A stretch of DNA of 64,000 bases from Candidatus Bathyarchaeia archaeon (GTDB taxonomy: Archaea > Thermoproteota > Bathyarchaeia > 40CM-2-53-6): the NCBI GenBank assembly GCA_049517415.1, contig JBEKSC010000011.1, positions 2,781 through 66,780 on the forward strand. The letters run 5' to 3'. The position numbers and the translations under genes are program-made. This document shows positions 9,435 through 17,725 of the stretch, one piece after another (within the stretch, counting starts at the first letter, position 1; every line of letters starts with the position of its first letter). The notes below the pieces were generated by a model. It was not told where the DNA came from. It saw only the letters and a program-made list of their open reading frames with translations, and ran no database searches.

Positions 9435-11063
9435 ATGGCGTATCTCTCCGGTCAACAGGTAATGATTCTAAAGGAAGGATCCACACGCAATAGAGGCCGC
9501 GATGCTCAACGAAGCAACATTACCGCGGCAATCATTGTGTCTGAAGTGGTAAAGTCCACGCTCGGCCCTCGCGGAATGGACAAAATGCTCGTCGATAGTC
9601 TCGGCGATGTTACAGTAACGAATGACGGAGCCACCGTTCTCGACGAGGTTGATGTTCAAAACCCCGCTGCAAAAATGATGGTGGAAGTCGCTAAGACACA
9701 AGATGATGAAGTTGGCGACGGAACAACGACCGCCGTGGTCCTCGCCGGAGGATTGCTTAAACGGGCCCAGGACTTGCTTGATGACGGCGTCCACCCAACA
9801 GTTATTGTCGCGGGCTACAAGAAAGCTGCAGACAAAGCGGTTCAACTTCTTGACTCCCTTTCCGAACCAGTAAAGCCTGATGATAAAGCTGCGCTCAAGA
9901 AAGTCGCCATGACTGCGATGCATAGCAAGGGTTTAGGTGGCGCTCGTGAGCACTTCGCAGATATTGCGATCGAAGCGGTTCAACTTGTAAAGGAAAAGCG
10001 CGGCGACTCGTGGTACGCTGACATCGATAACATCCAGCTTGTCAAGAAGGAGGGCAAGAGCCTCTTCGACACGCAACTTGTTCGAGGCATTATTGTAGAC
10101 AAGGAAGTTGTCCACCCAGGGATGCCGAAGCAGGTGAAGAACGCGAAGATTGCCCTCATGGATGCTGCCCTCGAAATTGAGAAGACCGAGATATCGGCGG
10201 AAATACGCATCAACGACCCGACCCAGATGAAAGCCTTCCTCGATGAGGAAACTCACATGATGAAGGAAATGGTTGACAAAATCAAAGCTTCCGGAGCGAA
10301 CGTTGTCCTGTGCCAGAAGGGGATTGACGACACAACACAGCATTACCTTTCAAAGGAAGGAATGCTGGCGGTGCGAAGAATCAAGAAATCGGACGTGGAA
10401 AAGCTAGCAAGGGCAACGGGCGGAAAGATCGTAACAAACCTTGACGACTTGAAAGCTTCAGATCTGGGCAAGGCAGACCTAGTTGAGGAAAGGAAGATTG
10501 GAGACGATAAGATGGTCTTCATTGAGGGTTGCAAAGACCCCAGGTCAGTTAGTGTGCTTATCCGAGCCGGCTTGGAGCGCTTAGTCGATGAGGCGGAGCG
10601 GGCTTTGAAGGATGCTCTGTCGGTCGTTATCGATGTAGTGCAGAGGCCCAAAGTAGTTACAGGGGCTGGCGCTATCGAAGCCGAACTTTCCAAGAAGCTC
10701 AAAGATTACGCTAGCAAGGTTGGCGGGCGTGAGCAACTTGCAATAGAAGCTTTTGCCGACACTTTAGAAATAATTCCGAAAACCTTGGCGGAAAACGCCG
10801 GCCTCGACCCCATAGATATCATGGTTGCACTCCGTTCGGCACACGATAAGAAAGGGGGAGGGACGCAAGGCGTAGACGTGTTCAAAGGCGGAGTCAAAGA
10901 CATGAGAAAACAAGGCGTAAGTGAACCCGTCCGAGTCAAGGAACAAGCGATCCGGTCCGCTACCGAAGCCGCATCAATGATACTGAGAATCGATGACGTA
11001 ATTGCCGCCGCCAAACCGCCTCCCTCGCCGCCTCCGAGAGGCGGAGACATGGGCGAATACTAG
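9435..11063 (+). CDS. ths: thermosome subunit (group II chaperonin)
   Basis: 542 aa. Motifs [18 protein letters not shown] and GDGTTTAVV. Confidence 0.95.
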   Translation: MAYLSGQQVMILKEGSTRNRGRDAQRSNITAAIIVSEVVKSTLGPRGMDKMLVDSLGDVTVTNDGATVLDEVDVQNPAAKMMVEVAKTQDDEVGDGTTTAVVLAGGLLKRAQDLLDDGVHPTVIVAGYKKAADKAVQLLDSLSEPVKPDDKAALKKVAMTAMHSKGLGGAREHFADIAIEAVQLVKEKRGDSWYADIDNIQLVKKEGKSLFDTQLVRGIIVDKEVVHPGMPKQVKNAKIALMDAALEIEKTEISAEIRINDPTQMKAFLDEETHMMKEMVDKIKASGANVVLCQKGIDDTTQHYLSKEGMLAVRRIKKSDVEKLARATGGKIVTNLDDLKASDLGKADLVEERKIGDDKMVFIEGCKDPRSVSVLIRAGLERLVDEAERALKDALSVVIDVVQRPKVVTGAGAIEAELSKKLKDYASKVGGREQLAIEAFADTLEIIPKTLAENAGLDPIDIMVALRSAHDKKGGGTQGVDVFKGGVKDMRKQGVSEPVRVKEQAIRSATEAASMILRIDDVIAAAKPPPSPPPRGGDMGEY

Positions 11064-11241
11064 ACTCTGGCCCGCACCTAAAAATTCCACTTTTGGTTAA
11101 GTCAACGAAGCCCGTACTTTGATCCGTGGGAACGTTGCTCATAGCCGTGGTTGTGGTCGCATTCGCGGTAATGATGGTACGAAAACGGAACGCTTGAATA
11201 CCGTAGGGTTGCGATAGTCGGAGTGCTCCGGGCAGCTGGGG

Positions 11242-11392
11242 GCTCCGGTAGAAGCTCATTAAGCTACCGAATATAGCCCGGTCAAGGCGTGTGACGCCGA
11301 GAGTATGCTGGCCTCTCGACTTTGTGGAGAGAGTCAGCGACGCGGGTTCGAAAGCGATGGCCCAATCGCAGAAAATCCCGCCCGGAGCACCA
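11242..11392 (+). tRNA. tRNA-like gene with multiple introns, anticodon undetermined
   Basis: Perfect 7-bp acceptor (GCTCCGG at 11242-11248, CCGGAGC at 11382-11388), followed by A and CCA. T arm is GCGGG/CCCGC. The T loop TTCGAA|T is interrupted by a 23-nt insert (11353-11375) that folds as hBHBh' (H TTCG/AGAA, h' GCGAT/ATCGC, bulges AAA and AAT). A second BHB lies at 11247-11271 (GGTA/TACC, both bulges GAA). I could not fold the D and anticodon arms by eye. Confidence 0.45.
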
Positions 11393-11399
11393 CAACTCC

Positions 11400-11714
11400 T
11401 CAGATCATGTCGATATGATCGACGGGGAATCCTAATCTGACAAGTTCCTCTTTGATGTGAACTCGGTGGTCTCCCTGGAGTAGAACCTCTCCACCCTTAG
11501 TGGTACCCCCGGCCCCGAACCGCTTCTTCAATTCGCGGGCAATTTCCTCTAAACGAGCGCCCGGAAGCCCCTGGATTATTGTCACTGGTTTTCTAAATCG
11601 CCTGAACTCTAGCCTGACTACGATGCGAGCTTCGCTACGGTCAAGTTCCTCAAGCGGGTTAAACCCCAAGTCGTCTTGTTTTGCCATCTCTGTTCGACCG
11701 GTATTATGAGTCAC
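11400..11714 (-). CDS. sui1: translation initiation factor SUI1 (aIF1)
   Basis: 104 aa. RLEFRRFRKPVTIIQGL...ELKKRFGAGGT is characteristic of SUI1/eIF1. The start may be the internal MAKQ. Confidence 0.9.
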   Translation of the reverse strand: MTHNTGRTEMAKQDDLGFNPLEELDRSEARIVVRLEFRRFRKPVTIIQGLPGARLEEIARELKKRFGAGGTTKGGEVLLQGDHRVHIKEELVRLGFPVDHIDMI

Positions 11715-11897
11715 TGTTAGGATATAGAATTAAGTGTTCGTAGCCGGAGTGAAGATGTGTCGCATATCCCTTACCTAAAGCATCGCATCGAGATTCACTT
11801 CTCTCTATTGGGCTCGACAACTGAGTTCTCCCAGAGACGCGTAACAAACGAGAACCCTAATCCTGAAATGTCCGGCCTAAACCTACTAGAAGACTAC

Positions 11898-12004
11898 GGG
11901 CCCGTAGCTCAGCTAGGCTAGAGCGACAGAAAACGAAAGTCGAAGCTCATATGCGCAACTGAGGAACCTGCTGGTCGAGGGTTCGAATCCCTCCGGGCCC
12001 ACCA
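11898..12004 (+). tRNA. tRNA-Met (or Ile2) with anticodon CAU, two introns, CCA encoded
   Basis: Acceptor GGGCCCG/CGGGCCC, D arm GCTC-AGCTAGGCTA-GAGC, T arm GAGGG-TTCGAAT-CCCTC. Intron 1 is 11930-11944 (BHB: GAG/CTC, CGAC/GTCG, bulges AGA and AAG) at position 30/31. Intron 2 is 11952-11965, canonical 37/38 (H CTCA/TGAG, bulges TAT and GAA). The mature anticodon arm is ACAGG-CTCATAA-CCTGC. Confidence 0.75.
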
Positions 12005-12141
12005 TTTCGTTGATTCGAGCAGTAGCCTAGCCGACTCCTTCAGAGGATGTCGGCATTTGCCAGTCAAACACATGTGACTAATTGTCATGCATCCTTCGTC
12101 AACAAATAGACCGAGACCATACTCTTACTTGTGATACCCAA

Positions 12142-13059
12142 ATGAGTAAACTTGCTTCTTTGCAAATACTGCAATCGTTCTCTGACGCAATGACAGAACT
12201 GGCAGACAAGGTCGGTTCGTCAGTGGTTAGGGTGAGGTCTAGAAGAGGGTTCGGTTCAGGCGTAATCTGGAGCGAAGACGGCTACATCCTTACCTGCAGC
12301 CACGTCGTCGGAAGAGCCGCCACCGTTGAAGTAGGTTTCGGGGAAGGCCCGAGACTTGAGGCCAGAGTGATCGGACACGATCCATACGCGGATATGGCGT
12401 TGTTGAAGGTCGAGCGAACCGGCCTGAAACCGGTTGAAGTTGGGGACTCGGAGACGGTCGAAGTCGGCCAGCTTGTCTTTGCTTTCGCCAACCCTTTCGG
12501 TGGAAGCTCAAGCACCACATCGGGAATCGTCACTACGGCTAAGGCCTCACTGGGCTGGGGACCAAGTTCTGCCGAGGACGTGATTGTTACAGATGCACCC
12601 CTGAATCCAGGCTACTCAGGCGGCCCTCTCGTCAGCGCGTCGGGCAAGATGATCGGACTCAATGTGGCCTACGCAAACTCACGCGGCATCTCAATTCCAA
12701 TCAACTCGGTCAAGGGTACTATTGACGCTCTCATCAATGAAGGAAGGATAAGGATCGCACACCTCGGAATCAGCACCGACCCGGTAAGCCTTCCTAAACG
12801 CCTAGCCGCTGAAGCGAACATAGACCAAGAGCAGGGCCTGATGATATTCGAAGTTGAAATCGACAGTCCCGCTAAGAAAGCGGGCCTAGTAGTCGGAGAT
12901 ATTTTGATAACATTCGGCAAATCACCAATCGCTCGCCACAACGACCTCTACCGCCTACTGACAAAAGACATCATTGGGAAACCAATCGAGATTGAAATTC
13001 TAAGAGCAGAGAGACTAGTCAAGCTGAGCGTTACTCCCACTGAAGACGAAACTCAATAA
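12142..13059 (+). CDS. HtrA/DegP-family trypsin-like serine protease with PDZ domain
   Basis: Catalytic His (LTCSHVV), Asp (DMALLKV) and Ser (NPGYSGGPLV), with a C-terminal PDZ-like region (GLVVGDILITFG). ATG at 12142 is preferred over the TTG at 12082. Confidence 0.8.
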   Translation: MSKLASLQILQSFSDAMTELADKVGSSVVRVRSRRGFGSGVIWSEDGYILTCSHVVGRAATVEVGFGEGPRLEARVIGHDPYADMALLKVERTGLKPVEVGDSETVEVGQLVFAFANPFGGSSSTTSGIVTTAKASLGWGPSSAEDVIVTDAPLNPGYSGGPLVSASGKMIGLNVAYANSRGISIPINSVKGTIDALINEGRIRIAHLGISTDPVSLPKRLAAEANIDQEQGLMIFEVEIDSPAKKAGLVVGDILITFGKSPIARHNDLYRLLTKDIIGKPIEIEILRAERLVKLSVTPTEDETQ

Positions 13060-13159
13060 GACATTCGAGAAGACAATCCGGATCCGTCACGGAGGTTGTC
13101 TGCTGCACCCCAAGAGGAAAATTAGGGGATCTGTCTAGTGCAGCCAGAACCCACGATAT

Positions 13160-13189
13160 TCGAGGGTTCGAATCCCTCCGGGCCCACCA
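13160..13189 (+). repeat. 30-nt exact direct repeat of the tRNA-Met 3' end (att-like)
   Basis: TCGAGGGTTCGAATCCCTCCGGGCCCACCA is identical to 11975-12004. No matching 5' tRNA half lies upstream. Confidence 0.85.
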
Positions 13190-13310
13190 CACGCTGAACC
13201 GTAGAACTTTCTTTGTTCTTTCGTTACTGAACTTTAACTGCCTTGTAGGGGTAAGGGAAAAATTTCTGCTCATGCTTTCTTTGAAACGTGCTTTTGACGT
13301 TAAGCATTCA

Positions 13311-14132
13311 TCAGGAGTGAAATAGTGCTGCGCCATAGAGGCAAAGAAAACCAATGAATGTTGCGAGCATTGTCCACCCCCATTGAGAATAGCTTAGCCC
13401 TCGGTCCTCCGAATGTCGAAATATTGGAAACACAACTAGCAAGGCTACTGAAAGTGCTGCTCCGACGCCTAGCGCGTAGAAATAGGCTGAGTCTATTTGG
13501 ATAAAGTAGCCTATCACCTCCCCTAGAGCGGAAGGCACTCCGAATGCCAAACCAAGAACCGCGATCTTTGACATTTTATTCCTGAAAGACTCGTTTTCGC
13601 CGATTGATATGCCAAGGTAGACAATGGCAACGATTGTTGCCTCAAGAAACTTATGAATGACGTACGCCACGCCACCGCTTACCCCGCCAATCGCATCTAA
13701 GACTGTTACAGCCTGTGTTTGAGCAGATAGCCCGCCGAATTCTATTCCTTCTCCAATGCCGTGAAAACCCATCCCGATTGCAACAATAATGCCAGTAATG
13801 TAGAGTTGCAAGATGCCCCCTCCCGTTTTTCTTGAAATGAAATACGTTGACAGGAGTGCTATCACGAGGAAGCCGAATACAAAAACGGCCACTAATCCAC
13901 TGTGAGTACCAGAAGTCGTAAAGTCATAACCTTCGTTTACACCTAACTGTACCGCGTCGTTCATCGTGTCGAAGAAGAACCAGAACACCAGGCCTAACGC
14001 GAATGCTGAAAGATAACGAACATCAAGCTTAAATTTCATCTGCAAATAGGTGATGAATATCATCCCAAGATAGAGGGGCATGAACGTAGCTAAAACGAAT
14101 TCGATTAGCGAAACAGAAAACTCTATCATCAC
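13311..14132 (-). CDS. polytopic membrane protein, possible ZIP-like metal transporter
   Basis: 273 aa with about 8 hydrophobic helices. GFHGIGEGIEFGG and HKFLEATIV resemble ZIP HxxxEG-type motifs. The function is tentative. Confidence 0.45.
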   Translation of the reverse strand: MMIEFSVSLIEFVLATFMPLYLGMIFITYLQMKFKLDVRYLSAFALGLVFWFFFDTMNDAVQLGVNEGYDFTTSGTHSGLVAVFVFGFLVIALLSTYFISRKTGGGILQLYITGIIVAIGMGFHGIGEGIEFGGLSAQTQAVTVLDAIGGVSGGVAYVIHKFLEATIVAIVYLGISIGENESFRNKMSKIAVLGLAFGVPSALGEVIGYFIQIDSAYFYALGVGAALSVALLVVFPIFRHSEDRGLSYSQWGWTMLATFIGFLCLYGAALFHS

Positions 14133-14320
14133 AAAACCACTGCCGACTGGTCGTTGACCTCTTTCTTTTTTAATATTCTGCTATTCGGGCCCACCATATC
14201 GTCGGGTTCGATAACCATTTCTGACGGCACGTATTGTTTAATGCTATTTTTATCAAAGGTTTCTGGGTAATGGAGCCATATCGAATGTAGGTCTAGGCGC
14301 CTACAAACTGTCTTGGTTAG

Positions 14321-15547
14321 TTATCTTGACATTGCTCTGTTGAAGATTGGTACAGCGATTGCCATCGTGACCACTGAGTATGCTAGGAGCACTAGCAGGT
14401 CTGGCGTGATGATGTTCAAGCTCGCATTCAGTATGACTACTTTTCTGAGGGCGTCCGCGGCGTAGTAGAGAGGGAAGGCTTTGCCGATATATTGGACGGG
14501 TACGGGTAGTTGGTCGATTGGGAAAAGTATTCCGCTGAGAAACATCATTGGGAATTGAAGTAGTGTGGTCATCATCTGTGCTGTTTCCTGTTCAGGAGCG
14601 AGAGAGGTCACGATTATGCCGACGCCTATGAAGCTGGCAACGCCAAGCACCATGACAAGAAGCATGGTGATAGGACTGCCGTAAATCACTACTCCGAACA
14701 ATAGCATCGATAATCCAAGTATTAGGAACCCTTGAATCAATCCGCGTACTGTTTGCGCTACGATTTTTCCTAAGATAACGGATTGTCTCGGGATGGGTGC
14801 GACGAGTAATCCGTCCATTGTTCCTTGTTCTTTTTCTCTAGAGATGGCGGTGCTGACTCCGTTTAATGCTCCTGTGATGACGGTTAACGCCATGAATGAT
14901 GGAGCTAGATATTCGAAGGACGTTGGGACACCTTGGATTAATGGAATGTTTGTTATCGTGATTGGTTGAAGAACGAATGTTGCATCAACTTTCATGTCTA
15001 AGTTTTGCTGAAGATATTGTGTTGATATTTGGCTTTCAATCGCCCCGAAAATTTCTGCGATTTCAGCTTGAACGGCGGCCGCTACTGATGGGTTTGTTTG
15101 ATCGACTGTTACTTGTATTGTGGCCTGCGCGTCAGCCTGAATTGCAGCGCTGAATCCTTGGGGTATGACCACTATTCCTGACAGTTGGCCCTTCACAATT
15201 CCATTTCTAGCTGTTGAGTAATCCGTTATTTCATTCACTGTGAATATCCCTTGAGATTCGGCGATTTGAATGAATTGAGCCTCAACATTACGCGCTATCT
15301 GTCCGTTATCTTGCTGAACTATTGCTAACCCCAAGTTCGGGTATTGTGACGGTATTTGTCCGCTGTATGGATTTACTTGAACTGTAGGTGGGTAAATGAA
15401 ACCAAACATTGTCATGAAAAGCAGGGGCATTATTATGAAGAAGACGAGAAGCATCTTTGCTCGCCATAAATCGAGGAGGTCGCGTTTGGCGATTTCAGTA
15501 GTAACTTTCCATACGCTCACCTGCCTTGCTTTAGTTTGCACGTTCAC
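14321..15547 (-). CDS. ABC-2 type transporter permease
   Basis: 408 aa. N-terminal TM helix, a large extracytoplasmic loop and a C-terminal block of 5 TM helices, typical of ABC-2. A 4-nt overlap links it to the upstream ATPase gene. Confidence 0.75.
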   Translation of the reverse strand: MNVQTKARQVSVWKVTTEIAKRDLLDLWRAKMLLVFFIIMPLLFMTMFGFIYPPTVQVNPYSGQIPSQYPNLGLAIVQQDNGQIARNVEAQFIQIAESQGIFTVNEITDYSTARNGIVKGQLSGIVVIPQGFSAAIQADAQATIQVTVDQTNPSVAAAVQAEIAEIFGAIESQISTQYLQQNLDMKVDATFVLQPITITNIPLIQGVPTSFEYLAPSFMALTVITGALNGVSTAISREKEQGTMDGLLVAPIPRQSVILGKIVAQTVRGLIQGFLILGLSMLLFGVVIYGSPITMLLVMVLGVASFIGVGIIVTSLAPEQETAQMMTTLLQFPMMFLSGILFPIDQLPVPVQYIGKAFPLYYAADALRKVVILNASLNIITPDLLVLLAYSVVTMAIAVPIFNRAMSR

Positions 15548-16356
15548 ATTCTCCCTACAGCTTTCATGCTAACGCGGTCTGAAGCTGCATCGCGTAGCTC
15601 TCGGCCTGTAACCGTCAGGAAAACTTCAAGCATCGACTCTGTACCATACTTGTTCTTAAGTCCCGCAACAGTTCCCGTGTCCATGATTTTTCCATGGTCG
15701 ATAATCGCAATTCTATCCGACAATTCGTCTGCTTCTTCCATTATGTGCGTTGTTAAGATTATTGTGTGTCCCCCCTTCTTCAGATCCAGTATTATGTCCC
15801 TGACGAACTTCGTGCTTTGTGGGTCAAGCGCCGTGGTTGGCTCATCTAGAAAGATGATTTCAGGATCGTGGATTAAGGCGCGGATCACATTCATTCTTTG
15901 CCTCATCCCGCTTGAGAAGCCGCCTACGCTCCGATCTTTGAAGGGCGTCAGCTTCATCATATCTAATAATTCCTCGATCTTCAGCTTCAATTCTGCCTTG
16001 TCTATTCCGTAGAGTTTGCCGAAGAAAATTAGGTTCTGTTCAGCCGTCAACCGTGTGTACATTATTAGTTTCTCTGAGACTAATCCGATTCGTTTCCGAA
16101 CTTCATTTGCGTCACTGTCAATGTTGAATCCTGCAACTGTCGCGGTGCCCGAGCTTGGCTTAAGTAATGTGCAAAGCATACGGATGGTAGTACTTTTTCC
16201 TGCGCCATTCGGTCCAAGAAACCCGTAGATTTCTCCCTTCTGGACGGCAAGGTCAATGTGGTCAACGGCTGTGAAGCTACCAAATTTCTTCGTCAGACCG
16301 TGAGTCTCAATCGCGTACTCGGATAGCGGAGCCAACTCGGTTCTCTGGAGAGTCAT
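15544..16356 (-). CDS. ABC transporter ATP-binding protein
   Basis: Walker A GPNGAGKST, signature FSSGMRQR, Walker B IIFLDEPT. Confidence 0.9.
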   Translation of the reverse strand: MTLQRTELAPLSEYAIETHGLTKKFGSFTAVDHIDLAVQKGEIYGFLGPNGAGKSTTIRMLCTLLKPSSGTATVAGFNIDSDANEVRKRIGLVSEKLIMYTRLTAEQNLIFFGKLYGIDKAELKLKIEELLDMMKLTPFKDRSVGGFSSGMRQRMNVIRALIHDPEIIFLDEPTTALDPQSTKFVRDIILDLKKGGHTIILTTHIMEEADELSDRIAIIDHGKIMDTGTVAGLKNKYGTESMLEVFLTVTGRELRDAASDRVSMKAVGRM

Positions 16357-16446
16357 TATTGTGCCTCAGTCAATTCTTGTTGTGTCTCCGAGTACATTAC
16401 GTTTAGCAGAGCCATCACGTCATCCTTTATGCGTTCGCTTCTATAC

Positions 16447-16516
16447 ATCGATACGATACTATCTTATCGATGGTGGGTAATATTAAAATACGCCGGCTGA
16501 TGTATCGATACGATAC
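16447..16516. promoter_or_regulatory. divergent promoter region with duplicated 13-nt box ATCGATACGATAC (putative PadR operator) and an AT-rich TATA-like box
   Basis: ATCGATACGATAC occurs at 16447-16459 and 16504-16516. TAATATTAAAATA at 16479-16491 lies between them. The region sits between the ABC operon and padR. Confidence 0.5.
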
Positions 16517-16518
16517 GG

Positions 16519-16929
16519 ATGCGGAGATGGCTCATGGCGAAGGGATTCCAGGCTGGCCCATACGAGGTAATGTTCTTTCTGGCTTTAAAGGACGGACCGG
16601 CGTATGGGTATGAGTTGGCTATGCGGTTCAAGAAGATGACTAGAGGGCACATTAAGTTCAGTTTTGGTACGATCTATCCTTTCCTTCGGCGGATGGAGCG
16701 CAGAGGGCTTATCAAATCGACTCGAGATGAGGGGTCGAGTAGAGTTTACTATGCACTTACGCGCAAGGGTCGAACGGCTCAAAGAAAGATTTTGATTCGG
16801 ATCAAGGAGTCGCAGAAAGAATGGGAAGAGAAATTGCTTGGGATTCTGGCGATGCATGCGGAAGTGTTTGGTCGGAGAGCGCTTCGTGATCTGTTGGTAC
16901 GTGGAAGGATTTTGGCGAAGGCGTCGTGA
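16519..16929 (+). CDS. PadR-family transcriptional regulator
   Basis: 136 aa. GPAYGYELAMRF...GTIYPFLRRMERRGLI is the PadR wHTH signature. Confidence 0.85.
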   Translation: MRRWLMAKGFQAGPYEVMFFLALKDGPAYGYELAMRFKKMTRGHIKFSFGTIYPFLRRMERRGLIKSTRDEGSSRVYYALTRKGRTAQRKILIRIKESQKEWEEKLLGILAMHAEVFGRRALRDLLVRGRILAKAS

Positions 16930-16982
16930 GGAGCTTTGATTGATTCAAGCGCCATATTATCCACTGCTTGGTGGGTGAAAGT

Positions 16983-17165
16983 ATGAAAAGACGAACGTTC
17001 TCAATCGTTGGTGCAATAATCGCGCTGTTTGGCTTGGTATGGTCACTACAGGGAGCGGGCGTGCTTCCTGACAGTGTGATGAGTGGTTCGCAATTCTGGG
17101 AAATAGCGGGCGCACTAACTTTCATTGTAGGTATCGCAATCGTTGCTTATTGCCTGAAAACTTGA
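16983..17165 (+). CDS. small two-helix membrane protein (hypothetical)
   Basis: ATG at 16983 preceded by GGTGGGTGA. The product has two hydrophobic segments. Confidence 0.4.
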   Translation: MKRRTFSIVGAIIALFGLVWSLQGAGVLPDSVMSGSQFWEIAGALTFIVGIAIVAYCLKT

Positions 17166-17177
17166 GAGAGAAGTCCC

Positions 17178-17603
17178 TTGACAATACATGAATCGGACTC
17201 ATCGGGTTGGCTAGAAGTCGCCAATGTTGACGAAATTCCCCTAGGCACAATGAAACATGTTGAAGTTAACGACAGGGAAATTGCCATCGCGAATGTTAAC
17301 GGAAAGTTCTACGCGATCGATGATAGATGCGGCCACGCGAGTGCCCGCCTCTCGAGTGGCGGACTCAGAGGAAACATTGTCACGTGTCCATTGCATGGTG
17401 CGCAGTTTGACGTCACCAGTGGAAAGAAACAGTCAGAAGCAAGGCTTGGCGGGAGCATCCCAGACATGGACAAACTTCCTCAATCCTTTCTAAAACGGAT
17501 CGAACATTCAGCGAAGATTGTGGGAGAGATTAAGACCTACGATCAGCGAAGCTACGAAGTTTCAATCGACGGAAAAAGTATCAAACTTAAGGTGAAGAGC
17601 TGA
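17178..17603 (+). CDS. Rieske [2Fe-2S] domain protein
   Basis: CGH...CPLHGAQFD (CxH-x17-CxxH). TTG start. Confidence 0.75.
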   Translation: MTIHESDSSGWLEVANVDEIPLGTMKHVEVNDREIAIANVNGKFYAIDDRCGHASARLSSGGLRGNIVTCPLHGAQFDVTSGKKQSEARLGGSIPDMDKLPQSFLKRIEHSAKIVGEIKTYDQRSYEVSIDGKSIKLKVKS

Positions 17604-17725
17604 AAGTCCCGAGGTTGGCGTTTCAATCCCCTGACTCTCGTTACTCCCTATGCCGATTCTAACTGCCCCTTCAACAAGATTCATGTTCATTAGGTGGCGG
17701 GAGTAGAATTTGCGTGCTGACCAAG

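Noticed and set aside
9468-11259. Several 60-150-aa ORFs antisense to or overlapping the thermosome gene and the tRNA-like locus (for example 9468-9923, 9933-10343, 10343-10702, 10706-11050, 10960-11259).
   Set aside because: They lie inside or opposite a very high-confidence chaperonin CDS and have low-complexity or unrecognisable sequences. This is typical antisense open-frame noise. The same reasoning applies to antisense ORFs inside ppk1, the P-type ATPase, pckG, pgi, hypF and the second thermosome gene.
13160-13189. Interpretation of the repeated tRNA 3' end as a split-tRNA 3'-half gene.
   Set aside because: The copy begins in the variable region and lacks the 3' anticodon-stem strand. 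No leader complementary to a 5'-half transcript is evident. An att-site remnant is the simpler explanation.
13031-13354. 107-aa minus-strand ORF spanning the tRNA 3'-end repeat.
   Set aside because: It reads through the att-like tRNA fragment and overlaps both neighbouring genes. No recognisable protein features.
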